Shown here piece after piece: positions 15,655-28,639 of a stretch of 64,000 nt of DNA; the first letter of the stretch is position 1, and each line of letters opens with the position of its first letter. This DNA is from Callorhinchus milii (lineage: Eukaryota): contig NW_024704743.1 of NCBI RefSeq assembly GCF_018977255.1, positions 8,682,001 through 8,746,000 on the forward strand, read 5' to 3'. The notes beneath the pieces are model-generated. The model saw only the letters and a program-made list of their open reading frames with translations, was not told the DNA's origin and ran no database searches. A program made the position numbers and the translations under genes.

Positions 15655-16068
15655 GCACGGCAGTAGCTCACAGACAGACATGGCACGGCAGCAGCTCACA
15701 GACAGACAGACAGGGCACGGCAGCAGCTCACAGACAGACAGACAGACATGGCACGGCAGCAGCTCACAGACAGACAGACAGACATGGCACGGCAGCAGCT
15801 CACAGACAGACAGACATGGCACGGCAGCAACTCACAGACAGACAGACAGACAGACAGACAGGGCACGGCAGCAGCTCACAGACAGACATGGCACGGCAGC
15901 AACTCAGAGAGATAGGGCACGGCAGCAGCTCACAGACAGAGACAGGGCACGGCAGCAGCTCACAGACAGACAGACAGACAGGGCACGGCAGCAGCTCACA
16001 GACAGACAGGGCACGGCAGCAGCTCACAGACAGACAGACAGACAGGGCACGGCAGCAGCTCAGACAGA
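15655..16068. repeat. Minisatellite GGCACGGCAGCAGCTCA(CAGA)n, about 13 units of variable length
   Basis: Constant core with a variable number of CAGA tetramers. Confidence 0.95.
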
Positions 16069-16099
16069 CCATTACCACAAAGCACAAAAGGGACAGACA

Positions 16100-16600
16100 C
16101 AAAAACACCGCCCGTCGCCAAACACTTACCTTTAAAACGTGCTGAATATTTACAGTGGTTCGGCTCCTGCTTTCATTTATATCCTCTTTTCTCCCTCTCT
16201 GAGATGTGCGGTTGGTGTTTTTCCCTGAGAGCGCCCCCGGGCCCGCGGCGCTTTTCCTCGCCCTTTTCTTCTCTCCCGCTCTCTCTCTCACTCACTCACT
16301 CGGTACCGTTAAAGTCTTCCTTTCTTCTTTGTTTCTCTCTCGTCGACTTTTTTTAAAAATCTCTCTCTCTATTTCCCTCACTCAACTCTTTTTGTTTCTT
16401 TCTCTCTCTCTCTCTCGCTCTCCCCCCCGAGCTGGTGCGGCGCGGCGCGGCTCCGCTCCGTCCTGCGGTGGCGGTTGGCGGCGGCTCCTGGCTGCCCCCC
16501 TCGCCTCCCTCTCGCTCGAGCGCCGCCGACACGCACCGGAAACGCATTCCAGACCAGACACGTCACTGCGTGGACACCGCGCCCGCCTCACAGCTGATGT
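16100..16600. promoter_or_regulatory. CpG island / probable promoter
   Basis: Dense CpG cluster in otherwise CpG-poor DNA; CCGGAA (ETS-like, 16536-16541), TGACGTG on - strand (16559-16565), GC box CCCGCC (16582-16587). Confidence 0.7.
16130..16550 (-). other. Probable non-coding first exon of an unidentified minus-strand gene (5' end approximate)
   Basis: Consensus donor AAAG|GTAAGTG on - strand (GT at 16129-16128) at the edge of the CpG island; GC-rich then purine-rich leader with only a short uORF (MKAGAEPL*). Confidence 0.55.
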
Positions 16601-16879
16601 CATGGGGGGGGGGGGGGGAGAGTGGTCATAGCTGAGGGGGAGAGAGAGAGAGAGAGAGAGCAATCAATGGCTGAGGAGAGGAGAGGGGAAGGGGTCATGG
16701 CTGAGGAGAGGGGTCATGGCTGAGGAGAGGGAAAGGGGGGAGACATTGGTTCAGGCTGGGAAAGGAGGAGAGAGGGGTCGTGGGTGAGGGAAAAGTGGGG
16801 GTGGGGGAGAGAAGAAGGGTGGTGGATGAGGAAAGGGGAATGAGAGAGTTGTTATGGTTGAGGCTAAGGGGGGTGGAGG

Positions 16880-17541
16880 AGAGAGTTGTCATGGCTGAGG
16901 GTAAGAGGAGGGGAGAGAGTTGTCATGGCTGAGGGTAGGGGGGGAGAGAGTTGTCATGGCTGAGGGTAGGGGGAGAGAGTTGTCATGGCTGAGGGTAGGG
17001 GGAGGGCTGAGGGTAGGGGGGAGAGAGTTGTCATGGCTGAGGGTAGGGGGGGAGAGAGTTGTCATGGCTGAGGGTAGGGGGGAGAGAGTTGTCATGGCTG
17101 AGGGTAGGGGGGAGAGAGTTGTCATGGCTGAGGGTAGGGGGAGAGAGTTGTCATGGCTGAGGGTAGGGGGGGAGCTGAGGGTGGGGGGGAGAGAGTTGTC
17201 ATGGCTGAGGGTAGGGGGGAGAGAGTTGTCATGGCTGAGGGTAGGGGGGAGAGAGTTGTCATGGCTGAGGGTAGGGGGGAGAGAGTTGCATGGCTGAGGG
17301 TAGGGGAGGAGAGAGTTGTCATGGCTGAGGGTAGGGGGGAGAGAGTTGTCATGGCTGAGGGTAGGGGGGAGAGAGTTGTCATGGCTGAGGGTAGGGGGGA
17401 GAGAGTTGTCATGGCTGAGGGTAGAGGGGAGAGAGTTGTCATGGCTGAGGGTAGGGGGGAGAGAGTTGTCATGGCTGAGGGTAGGGGGGAGAGAGTTGTC
17501 ATGGCTGAGGGTAGGGGGGAGAGAGTTGTCATGGCTGAGGG
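16880..17541. repeat. G-rich 30-bp minisatellite GAGAGTTGTCATGGCTGAGGGTAGGGGGGA, about 20 units, degenerate copies from ~16605 to ~17570
   Basis: Direct reading; many perfect consecutive units at 17180-17540. Confidence 0.95.
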
Positions 17542-18949
17542 GTAAGTGTGTAGAGAGTGGTTATGGCTGAGGAGGGAAGTCATCAAGGAGATCATATCTA
17601 ATAAAGGGAGAGCTTAATGTGATAGCACGTGTACGTGGAATGTTTAGGATGAAGAGTTGATGTCGGAATCGTATTGCCTGGAGAGTGGTTTAATGTCATG
17701 GATGGAGGTCAAAGTGGATGGAGGTAAACAAAAATGCACAAATTATTCTCAAAATATTTCCTGCTATTCCTGTTATTCAAATAATAAAGGGACATGGTTA
17801 AATATCTACAATGCAGGCAGCTAGGGAAGCATATGCATGTTGGCGGAAATGTTCTTTTTCTACACCGAAATACCCTGTAAGAAGCTACATATGCGATTCT
17901 GTATTGTATTGGGTACAGAATAAGTAGAACTCTACAGAGCAGAAGGAGGCCATTCTGCCTATCGAGACAGCACCAGATATCAGACCAAGTTGTACTTTAA
18001 ATCCTACTTCCTTCCCTATCTCCATACCCCTCCTCCATATACTAAGCCTCTTCCATATACTAAGATAGGGTTAAACTGTTTTTATCCTTGACTTGTGTAG
18101 AATCTTTCCCTGCCTACATCTAATCTTTGCCTATTTGACTCTCCCCATTTGGACTTTGTGCCTGTGGTGGGGAATTCAGAGGATGTGTGAGAGGCTAACA
18201 ACTCCTAAACAAATCCTCTCCCAAGACAAATTGATTATTAGTAGTTCTCTCACATAGGAAGGAATATTGTTTGCAGAATTTTTAGTTGATGTCACAAATA
18301 GTTGCAAGTTGCCATTTCATATTGGATAAACTTAATGGTTTTGTATCTTAAAATTTGGGGTTTAACAATTTTATCCTATCCTGAGGGGACTGACTCTTCT
18401 CAGAGTAAGGTTTGACAAACAGCGGTTTCCCTGCAGTACTTCACCCAATCAATCATTGCGGAGTGATTGGGAGATGGAATTCCAGAGATTGGGGGCAGAG
18501 TGCCTGAAGGCTCTCCCACAATGGTGGGGCGGATGAGTCGGGGGACGTGGAGCAGGCCGGAGCTGGAAGGTCTTGAGATGGACCTTGAAGGAGGCGCAGA
18601 AGTGGTGAGGTGAAGACACTCTAGGATGGAGTGCCATATAGTGGGGGCAGAATGGCTGACCACCGTTGGTGGGGTGGGTAGGGTGGAGCAACATGAAACA
18701 GGTCAATGCCTAACGAGTGGAGGGAGTTGGGTAGGGTTATCAGACGGTCAGAAATGTATGGTGGGGCAAATGTACCCAGAGTTGAGTTCACATTAAAATC
18801 TTTGTACCCATGAATTAAACTGATACATTTTCACTTCTTGCATTAATTTCTAATTGCAAATAAAGCCAAATGGAAAAAAAGCAAGACATAAAACCTTTGA
18901 ACATGAACAACAAATCCTGTCTCTACAAGATACTAATTAACACAATGAA

Positions 18950-19450
18950 AGATCCCTTGTACAAAAAAGGGAAGAAGGATAAACAAAGGAACTGCAGGCC
19001 AGTCAGCCTATTGTCAGTAGTGAGGAAATTTCTAGAGACGATAATCTGGGACAAAATCAATTTTCATTTAGAAAAATATGCGTTAATAAAGGGGACAGCC
19101 AACACAGATTTATTAAGGCAAATCATGTCTAACAAACCTGATAAAAATTTTTGATGAAGTGACGGAAGGATGGATGAAGGCAGTGCAGTTGATGTAGTCT
19201 ATATGGATTTTCAAAAGGCTTTTGATAAAGTGCCACATAATAGACTTGTTAGAAAAATTTAAGCCCACGGTATTAAAGGGACAGTGGCAGCATGGATACA
19301 GAACTGGCCAGGAGACAGAAAGCAGAGAGTGGTGGTGACCAGTTGCTTTTCTGACTGGAGGGAAGTGTGCAGTGGCGTCCCCCAGGGGTCGGTATTGGGA
19401 CCACTGCTCTTTTTGATCTATATAAATGACCTAGACTTTGGAGCACAATT
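18950..19450 (+). mobile_element. CR1 LINE reverse transcriptase fragment
   Basis: [49 protein letters not shown]. Confidence 0.9.
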
Positions 19451-19901
19451 TCCAAGTTTTAAAATTAATTACACAGTGCTTTTAACTTTGTTTGATTGAA
19501 AGTGCAGCTTTGTTAATGGTTGTTACTTTGAGACATTCAGATAATTTTTATTGACTTGATCTTGGCAGAAATACAAGGCTGCAATGAGTTCACTGTATAG
19601 TTTTGTGCCCTGGGCGCACACTTACATTTTAGTCTAAATTTGTTACAAATCAGTTTCACATCCTGGCCAGTTTTAACTGCTGCTTTGCATTGGGACATGT
19701 CAGCAGACATCAGAGTGGCAGGAGTTCATTGTGTATAGATTCCAGATTCTGATATGTGCCAAGGCATCACTGCCAATTCCTTTAACCTGGAGCTTTGGAA
19801 AAGGTGAGAAAGGGGGAAATTTACATAAAACTAAGGGACTCTATGCTCAATACTAAGGGCTGCCCAATAGTGCAGTGGGCAAATGCGCCACATACATTAC
19901 T

Positions 19902-20216
19902 GAGTCCTGTAGCTCAGTGGTTAGAGCACTCGCTTTGCAAGTGAGAGACCTGAGTTCAATTCCAGGCAGGGCGAAACCTTGGGCAAGTTTCCTTACTCCA
20001 CACGCCTAATAATAATCCCTCCAAAACCAAAAACAATAATAAATTGGTCATTTTCAATCTACGACTGTTTGTGGGACATTGCTGTGCGCAATTGGCTGCC
20101 GCGTTCGCCAACAAATGTACAGTCAATTCACTTTACAGTGTGTTCTGTGAAGCGCTTTAGGACGTCCTCCTGACGTGAAAAGCGCTATAACAAATGCAAG
20201 GATTATTATTATTATT
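19902..20216 (+). mobile_element. Full-length tRNA-derived SINE (tRNA-Ala-like head, L2-like tail, (ATT)n end)
   Basis: A box TAGCTCAGTGG, anticodon arm with TGC loop, B box GAGTTCAATTCC; near-identical copies elsewhere in window. Confidence 0.9.
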
Positions 20217-20659
20217 ACAGTTGGAGAGCCAGAAGACCCCAGGTCCTTGCTGTGTTGGTTGATATCAGCTGGGATGGCAATGCAAATTTTATGTCGACTT
20301 TGTGTTGTAAGGCTAGATGGGCAAAATGCAGCCAAGATATTCCATTTAATGTCATGAAACCTCTATTTATGAATACATAACAGGTTCAAATAAAGAAGAT
20401 TTCAGCCAAGTTGATCTAATCCTTCCAGAATACCGAGCCTACCTTCTTTCCATGATAACTCCAAAGTCCACTCTGAGATGTTTTGATCAAAGGTTGAAGA
20501 TCCCCAACTTACCTAGCATTTCTTCAAAGCTTGGGGGGGTGGGGGTTGTACCTGATCCAATAATTAACTTTTTGCTAAATGTTGTTCAGCCATTTTCATG
20601 TTGGATTCTCTTTCCCCATTGCTGTGCTTTCTGACTTTTTGATAGGCCTCAAGGGACAG

Positions 20660-21526
20660 ATGATACTAAGCTAGGAAAAATAGTAAACAGCAAGTGGCAT
20701 AGTAGCAGACTACAAGAGGACTGGTAAAGTGGGCAGATAAGTGGCAGATGTGGAGAATTGTGAAGTGATGCATTTTGGGAGGAAGAATGAGGAGAGGCAA
20801 TATAAGATGATGGTACAATCTTAAAGGGGTGAAGGAACAGAGAGACCTGGGGGTCCATATAAGCAAATCTTTGAAAGTGGCAGGACAGGCAGATAAAGCT
20901 GTTAAAAAAGCAAAAGGGATACTAGGTTTTATAAATAGGGACATCGAATACAAAAATCAGGAAGTTATGGTGAACCTTTATAAACCACTGGTTAGAACTC
21001 AGCGAGAGTCCTGTGTTCAGTTCTGGGCCCTACACTTTAGGAAGGATGTGAAGATATTGGAGAGGGTGCAAAGGAGACTTACCAGGATGGTACCAGGAAT
21101 GAAGGACTTCAGTTATAAGAAGAGGCTAGAGAAGCTAGGATTATTCTTCTTGGAACAGAGAAGGTTAAGGGAAGATTTAATAGAAGTTTTCAAAATTATG
21201 AGTGGATTCAATAGGATGAACAGGGAGAAACTGGTTCCATTGGCCAGTGGGTCGATTTAAAATAGTTGCCAAAGGAACCAGAGGGGAAGGGAGGAGAAAT
21301 TGTTTCTCACAGTGAGTTGTTCGGATCTGAAATGCATTGCTTGAAAGGATGACGGAAGCCAATAACAACTTTCAAGAAAGAAGTAGATATATATTTGGGG
21401 AGGACACATTTGCAGAGCTATGGGGAGAAAGTGGAGGAGCGGGATTGAATTGGATAGCTCTTTTCAAAGAGCCGGCACGGACACGATGGGCTGAATGGCC
21501 TCCTTCTGTTCTATGTGATTCTATGA
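20660..21526 (+). mobile_element. CR1 LINE 3' end
   Basis: RDLGVHI..SLK, LYKPLVR, LERVQRR, EQRRLREDLIEVFKIM; GATGGGCTGAATGGCCT...TTCTATG tail. Confidence 0.9.
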
Positions 21527-21884
21527 TCTGCAGTCACATTGTTGAAATAATGTGTTGAATGTTTATGAATCTATTAATCACTAATTAGCTCTACAATGAA
21601 ACTCATTTTTGTTTGACAGCCGGGTGGCTGACACATGCAGAAACCCATCATCATGCTTAAGAGATTTCCATTCAACCCATCTATACATGCATATCCCAGA
21701 AATAGGTTGTTAAAATGGTAGGCACACCCTCTCCCTGAACGGACGCATCCTGAAGCTAACAACAACATTAGAACAAATTAATAAATGTATCCATAAGAAT
21801 AAAGAACTTAATCTCAGATTGACAATTGCCTTAATATGATACAATTCACAGAGCACTCTGGCACACTTATTGTTTGTATTTATC

Positions 21885-22727
21885 ATATGTATGAGCGCGA
21901 ATTTCCTTCAGCTGAACATTGACAAGACGGAAGCCATACTCTTTGGCTCTCGTCAATGTCTAAAATCACATGGTTCTCACCTCCTCCACCTGCCCGATGT
22001 CCCCCTAAAACTCTCCGAACCCTAGGCGTCAGGTTTGACCCCCAATTATCCTTCCTCCTCCACATCCGGTCCCTCACCAGCACCGCTTTCTTCCACCTCC
22101 GACGCATCACCCGTCTCTGCCAATACCTCACTCCAAAAGCCGCTGAAACCCTGGTCCATGCCTTTGTCACCTCTCGGCTGGACTATTCAAATGCCCTCCT
22201 CGCCGGTCTCCCCTCCATTACCATTCATAAAATCCAGGTCATACAAAATTCTGCTGCCCGCATTCTTACCCGCACCAAACTCCGCTTCCCGATTACCCCA
22301 GTCCTTGCCAGACTGCACTGGCTGCCTGTCCCAGAGAGGATCAACTTCCAAGATCCTCACCCTTGTCTTCAAATCTCTCCACTCCTCTGCACCCCCCCCG
22401 ACCTCTCTGACCTCCTCCCTCCTCACAACAGTGCCCGTTGCCTTCGTTCCATCTGGACTGGCCTCCTCTTTGTCCCCTGAGTCCTCCGCTCCACCATCGG
22501 CGGCTGTGCCTTCAGCCACTATGCCCTGAGGCTCTGAAACTCCCTTTCTCACTCACTTCACCTCGCCCCTTCCCACTTTCAGGTCTTGGCTGAAGACCTT
22601 TCTTTTCGACTGCGCTTTGGTCACCTTCCTCCCCCTCACCCTGGCTCGGCCCTGGGATCCGTTATTGTGAAGCACTCTGAGACGCCATCCGGCGTTGAGG
22701 CGCAATATAAATCCCAAATTGTTGTTG
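21885..22727 (+). mobile_element. L2 LINE 3' fragment
   Basis: LGVRFDPQLSF...[19 protein letters not shown]...LHWLPV; TTG tail. Confidence 0.9.
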
Positions 22728-23184
22728 TATTTAAACATCAGGCAAAGTCAGGTAATGAAATAAGTGCTAAAGATATCTTGTATTGTGTAGTGTGGTTTTG
22801 ACTATGGTTACATGAACTATGAATGTTTTAATTGTCCCTTTTTGATTACGGTAATCAATATTTTGAATATTTCTATATTTATCCACCTTTTGAGGTTTAT
22901 ACTGTAAAATCTGGTTGGCACATTCCAACCTGGTTTGCAGATTCCAGCCAATAACGTTTTTGGAAATAACATTTTTAGAAGTATTTTGGACTGACATACT
23001 TATAAATAATTTTGAGAACTCAGCAATGAAGTGGCTGCTTCCTCTAACCACAGGTAGTTGCAAATTGATGCAATGCAAGTTATTTTTCTGGACTTGTGAA
23101 TGAGGAAACAATAACAAATTTTGCTGATGAAACCAGCAAATTTAGTTAGGGAAAATAGCATATTGTGAACGACTGCAAGAGAAG

Positions 23185-23465
23185 ATGGATGGGTGGGTGG
23201 GTGGGTGGGTGGGTGGTTGGATGGATGGATGAGCAGGGTGGGTGGTTGGATGGATGGATGAGCAGGGTGGGTGGTTGGATGGATGGATGGATGGGTGGGT
23301 GGGTGGATGGATGGATGAGCAGGGTTGGTGGATTGATGAGCAGGGTTGGTGGATGGATGAGCAGGGTGGGTGGATGGATGAGCAGGGTGGGTGGATGGAT
23401 GAGCAGGGTGGGTGGATGGGTGAGCAGGGTGGGTGGATGGATGAGCAGGGTGGGTGGTTGGGTAG
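23185..23465. repeat. (GGAT/GGGT)n repeat with 21-bp unit GATGAGCAGGGTGGGTGGATG
   Basis: Direct reading. Confidence 0.9.
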
Positions 23466-23954
23466 GGGGCAGATTCAATTTAATGTTTACAAAAATAGCA
23501 CAGGTGACTAGAGCATTAGAATATTTTTTTTCACTTGAGCTGAGAAGGTTATAAGGGGTAACCTGATATTGTTCTAAAGGATTCTGAAGACTTATGGCAG
23601 GGTAAATAGTAATTATTTCCACTGGTTAGAGTATCAGTAATGAATAGGCAGAAATTTAAGTTAAACACAAAAAATTAAACGGCAGGTTAGAGAACATCCT
23701 CAATGGCAATGTTGAATTTTCTACCACAAACTATTGTTACAACAGCAACAACAACAAGATTACATTTGTATAGTGCCTTTCATGTTGGGAGAACGTTAAG
23801 GTAGAATCCATAGATTATTTTAAAAGGGATAGATAGATACTTGAAAAATAGTAATATTAAAAGGATATGTTTTATTTACAATAAGCACCCTCGTTGTATG
23901 GCAGCATCACCACAGTTGTAGTTCTTGTCCCAATGGACCAGTCAGTAAATATAA

Positions 23955-24375
23955 TAATATTAATAATCTTTGCATTTGGTATAGCGCCTATCACTCAAAA
24001 GGACATCGCAAATGAAATGTATTTGTAGGCGAATGCAGCAGCCCAATTTGCAGGCAGCAATGTCCCACAAACAACAATGAAGTGAATAACTAGTTTTATT
24101 TGGGGGATTGTTGGCCAGGGCATTGGGAGAAACGCCATTCTCTTTTCGAATAGTGCCAAGGGATCTTTAAAATTCACCTGAACAAGCAGATGGGACCTCA
24201 GTTTAACATCTTATCTGGAGGACGGCACCGCCGACAATGCAGCACAACTTCCAGCACTGCATTGGCGTGTCATCTTACACCATGTGAGTTCAAGTCCTGA
24301 CATGGGATTTCAACCCACAACTTTCTAATTCAAAGCCTGAAGGTTACCAATAGAGTGCTACCACTGAACCAAGCT
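23955..24375 (-). mobile_element. Older SINE resembling SacSINE1/Deu-domain SINEs (related copies ~1200-1340, ~10290-10450, ~29590-29925, ~51200-51500)
   Basis: GTTTAACATCTTATCTGGAGGACGGCACC...CAATGCAGCAC...CAACCCACAAC...AGAGTGCTACCACTGA pattern recalled from shark SINEs; family name from memory. Confidence 0.6.
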
Positions 24376-26719
24376 GGCGTTTACAAATAATTGGCAGACA
24401 TGCTTGAGGCCTTCAGTATCTGTCTTAACATAGAGATAACATCCTGCCAGCGCATGTTTTAGCAGCAGTGCAGAAACATACATTTCACACCCGTCCTCTT
24501 CCCATTGAAGGTTCGTATTAGGGAGTGTTGCTGTTTATATTAGTCATCCATACTTGCCAGCACAAAGTAATTTGCAGCATTTTTTCAGGACTTTCAAGAT
24601 GTGAGTCAGTATTATAAGGGGAATCATGTTTCTCAAAGGCTTGATGCACATAGCATGAGCAACTTATTCCTAAAGAGATATTTTTATCCCGGGAATGAAT
24701 AGTTTGGCCTATGAGCAGAGACTGGCAGAACTAGGATTTTTTTCCTGTTGGAACAAAGTGGGTTGAGGGGTGACTTGATAGAGCTCTTTAAAATTATGAG
24801 TGTTTTGATAAAGTCAATAGGGAGAACTTATTTCCACTGGCTGATGAGTCAGTGTCTGGAGGGCATCAATTTTAGTTAGCAAATGAGGAAGTTAGGAGAA
24901 TTTCTTCAAACACAGAGGAGATAGGATATAGAATGCCCTGCAGGGAGCAACAATTGAGATAGAATCTGTATTAGCTTTCAACAGCGAACTACATAAACGC
25001 CTAAAAAGGAGTAAACTTCAGGGGTATGGGGAAAAGGGAAGGTGAATGAGACCGAATGGATTGTTCTTTAAAAGATCCAGCACAGACACCATGGGCCGAA
25101 TAGCCTTCTGTAAATTTCTACGGTTCTGTAGATCTAAATATTTTATTGCAGGAAACAGCCCTGAAGCCAGATATCAACTTCTGTGAAATTAATTAAAGAT
25201 AGTCTAGTAGTCATGTTTATTTAGTCACTTTATAGACAAGCAGATATGATTCTACAGAATACTAATGGTTGAATAGGTTTATGGTGTAGTTGAGGGCTGG
25301 GCTTGCTGACCCAGGTCAAGGTCTGTCTTCCATCAATACAAAGAGCAGGAAAATGATCAAATAATGAGTCAGAGCCCAGTACTCTAGTCACAGAATAGCT
25401 TCATTGCATAGCTTATATGAACATGCAGAAAAGTTGACCCTCCTTAGAAGAAGAGATAACTACCTTTATCTAAATGTGACAATCGACATGTAGAAAAAAG
25501 AACAGTCCAGTTACTGATAGCAAGGAATACTCCCACTCAGCTCTTGTTAATGCTGCAATCCCTGACATGTTTGGTAATGGAATGTCAGAATCGAATTAGC
25601 CCTCTATGGTGGTCTCAGTAGTCCGGTTCCTGAACCAGGCGGTCTGCAGTATTCCAGGGCACTGCTGATGACAGCACAGCCAGCCTTGCTCATTAGCAGG
25701 ACTTGGAAGGGCAGACCAGTCATTGGGGGGCAGAGAATCATTCCACTGAGCCCCTGTTAACCCTGCAAGTCAAAGTCCTAACAAGGAGGGTGGTCCTAGC
25801 TGGACAAGCAGCAGGAAAGATTGCCAGACAGTGCTAACAATGGCAAGCTATACGGAATTAGCTGGTTAGACTCCAGCAGTACCCCAATATACACTCCAAG
25901 CCTTGGCTCTTGCCAACCTAAACAGGATGCATCCCTTCAGGGAGAGAGTGTGAATTCCATCAATTTATCTGGAATATCAATGTGTAGGTGGAATGCATGG
26001 CATTCTCAAGTTTGGTTTGGATAAGCTTAAGCATGGTGATGGGTTTCCACATGTGCCAGACACCTGACTCACCAAATAAAAAGATAAAATAATAAAAATG
26101 ATTTATTAATAATAACTCCAATGCCTCAATTGGTAAAGATAATGTCTGGTGTTAAAATGAGCTTGACAGACTCAGAAAGCCCCAGGTTTGACACTCAGTC
26201 TACTCAGTTCGGTGATTTCAGCCAAGAATTGGATTGCACATCGAATGAATTATAATGTAGCGATTGTGTTTATTTTATTGGCTGGAGTGAACAACTTGGA
26301 AGAGGTGAAGAGGCTAAAGAGAGGATAAAATTATCCTCAAATTATACTGCAGAGGCCTGAAATTACTCATGGTCTTAGCCTTGATATCATTGTTTTAAAT
26401 AACAATGACAAATTGCATTTATATAGTGCCTTTCATGTTGGAAAGATTTCCTAAGGACAGTCGAGGGATGCTCCAACAACAACTTGCATTTATATAGTGC
26501 CCTTCTTGAGGAGAGTAATGTCTTGTAGCACTAAATGAGAATAAAGTTAACGTTGTGCAGAATTCTGAAAACAGCAACAATGTGCACTTAAATAATGCCT
26601 TTTATGTGGTTAAATGTTTCAATGAGCTTTACAGAGATGGAAGTCAAAGCCTGAGCAGGATTGGAGATGTGGGGAGGGAGGGAGAATGGAAGCAAGAGCC
26701 AAAGTCAAAGAGTAGGTTT

Positions 26720-27870
26720 TCAACAACAACAACAAAATGACATTTGTATAGTGCCTTTCACGTTGGGAGGATGTCCCAAGCCGCTGGACAATCTGTGTGT
26801 CGGACCCTAGCTGGGGGTTAAGATCAGGGAGGGTGGAGGGCAGGGGGGGAAGGAGGATGATCAAAGGCACGGTTGAAGAGAAAGGTCTTGAGATGGGTCT
26901 TGAAGGAGGTAAGGGAGGGGTGAGGTGGGTGGACTGCGGGATGGAGTTCCAAAGGATGGGGACAGAGTGACTGAATGCCTGCCCGCCAATGGTGGGGTGA
27001 GGTGGGGGATGTGAAACAGTCCAGAGCCTGCTGAGCAGAGGAAGCAAGCAGGTTGGTCTCAGAGGTAGGGGGGGAGCAAGACCATGGAAGGCTTTGAAGG
27101 TGAGGACCAGGATCTTCTATGTGATGGGAGGCAGTGGAGTCAGGTGAGGATAGGGGTGATAGGGTCACGCAGCCTGTTGCGGGAGAAGACATGGGCTGCA
27201 GAGTTCTGGATGATCTGCAGCATCTGGAGGGAGGATTTGGGGAGGCCGACATGCAAGAAATTTCCATAGTGAAACCTCGATGTTATTGAAAGCGTGTGTG
27301 AGGTTTTCGGCTCCCTGCGGTGTGAGCCAGTGGGGGAGCCAGGTGATGTTGCGGAGGTGGGGGAAGGCAGAGTGGGTCATGATATGATTGTGGGGTAGAA
27401 AGGATAGTTGAGGGTCAAACAAGATGCCAAGGTTCCCGACTGGCTCAGTGAGGTGGAGTGTGCACCGAGGATGGTGATGCTGTCAGAGCCTGAGATGTGA
27501 AGGCGTTGACGGGAGCCAATCAGGAAGGTCTTGATCTTGTTGACATTTAACTGAAGAAACTTAGCTCTCATCCAGGACTTGATGTCTGACAGACATTCAG
27601 TTAGGACAGCAGTGGTCCTGGAGTCAAGGGTGGAGGTAAGGAGATAGAGTGGATGTTGACCCCATGTCTGTGGATGATGTTAACAAGAGGGAGGATATAT
27701 ATATTGAAGAGGAGGAGACCAAAGCCAGAGATCTGAGGAAACGCCGCACAAGATGGTGCGGGGGCTAGAGGAGAAACCGTTTGTGGAGATGATGTGGAGA
27801 TGGTGTGAGAGGTAGGATCTGAGGATTTTGAAAGTGGAGAAGGAGGGTACAAGACATAGGGATCTAGGAA
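26720..27870 (-). mobile_element. L2 LINE 3' fragment, degenerate
   Basis: Reverse-complement homology to 58510-60352; CAACAACAA tail at 26720. Confidence 0.85.
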
Positions 27871-28639
27871 AACAAATTCGCCCATCAATTGTGGAGAGGA
27901 TGGGGGAGGTGGAGCAGGCCAGAATTTGGTGAGAAAAAGAAGTGTGCAGAATAATAGGACTGCAGAAGATCATAGAGGTAGGGTGGGGCAAGGCTTGATG
28001 ATCAAACAAAATGCTGAGATTGCACATTGTCACTATGAGCTACAGTGAATAGCTGGGGAGATTGATAAAGTCAGAGTTATAAGTAAGGTGGTGTTGGTCA
28101 TAAGCCAATGCACAATCTCAGCATTTTGTTTGATTGATGGGCAAGCCTTCAACCACCTTTGCCCCCTCTCTAGAATTATTTTTCCAAAATGTCCATTCCC
28201 ATCCTTGCTCTTCGCTTTCAAAATTGTTTTAAAAATCTAAACTCTGGCTTTCGTTCTCCTTTCCACTCTCCTCCCTCCCCTCCTCATCTTCCTTCCTGCT
28301 TACTCCCACATCACTCAGCTGGTTCCAGCCTTCTATAATTCCCTCATCCCCTTTGCTCCACCATTTGCAGCTGAGCATTCAGCCTCAATCTCTCTGCATT
28401 GCCCCTTCCTTGCATGTCTCACTCAGCCCTTCCTCTTTGATGCCTTAGGTCATCTCCCCTCTCTCCCTGGCTCAGGAGTCAAGATCTACCATTGTTAAGC
28501 GCTCTGTGACGCTATCTGTGTGAAGATGCTATATTGGAATGACACAGGCATAGTCTCCTTTAATTCACGGACTACTGGATAGCAACCAGCAGGAGGATTC
28601 CTGGTCGACAATGCTCAATGTTAAATATTTTTCCAGGGT

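Noticed and set aside
15655..16068. Repeat-spacer pattern superficially like a CRISPR array
   Set aside because: Spacers are only (CAGA)n, the context is eukaryotic and there are no cas genes.
15400..17595. Long ORFs of 100-194 aa in several frames
   Set aside because: Translations of the two minisatellites and the GC-rich island; periodic low-complexity peptides.
23146..23622. ORFs of 89-158 aa on both strands
   Set aside because: Translations of the GGAT/GGGT tandem repeat.
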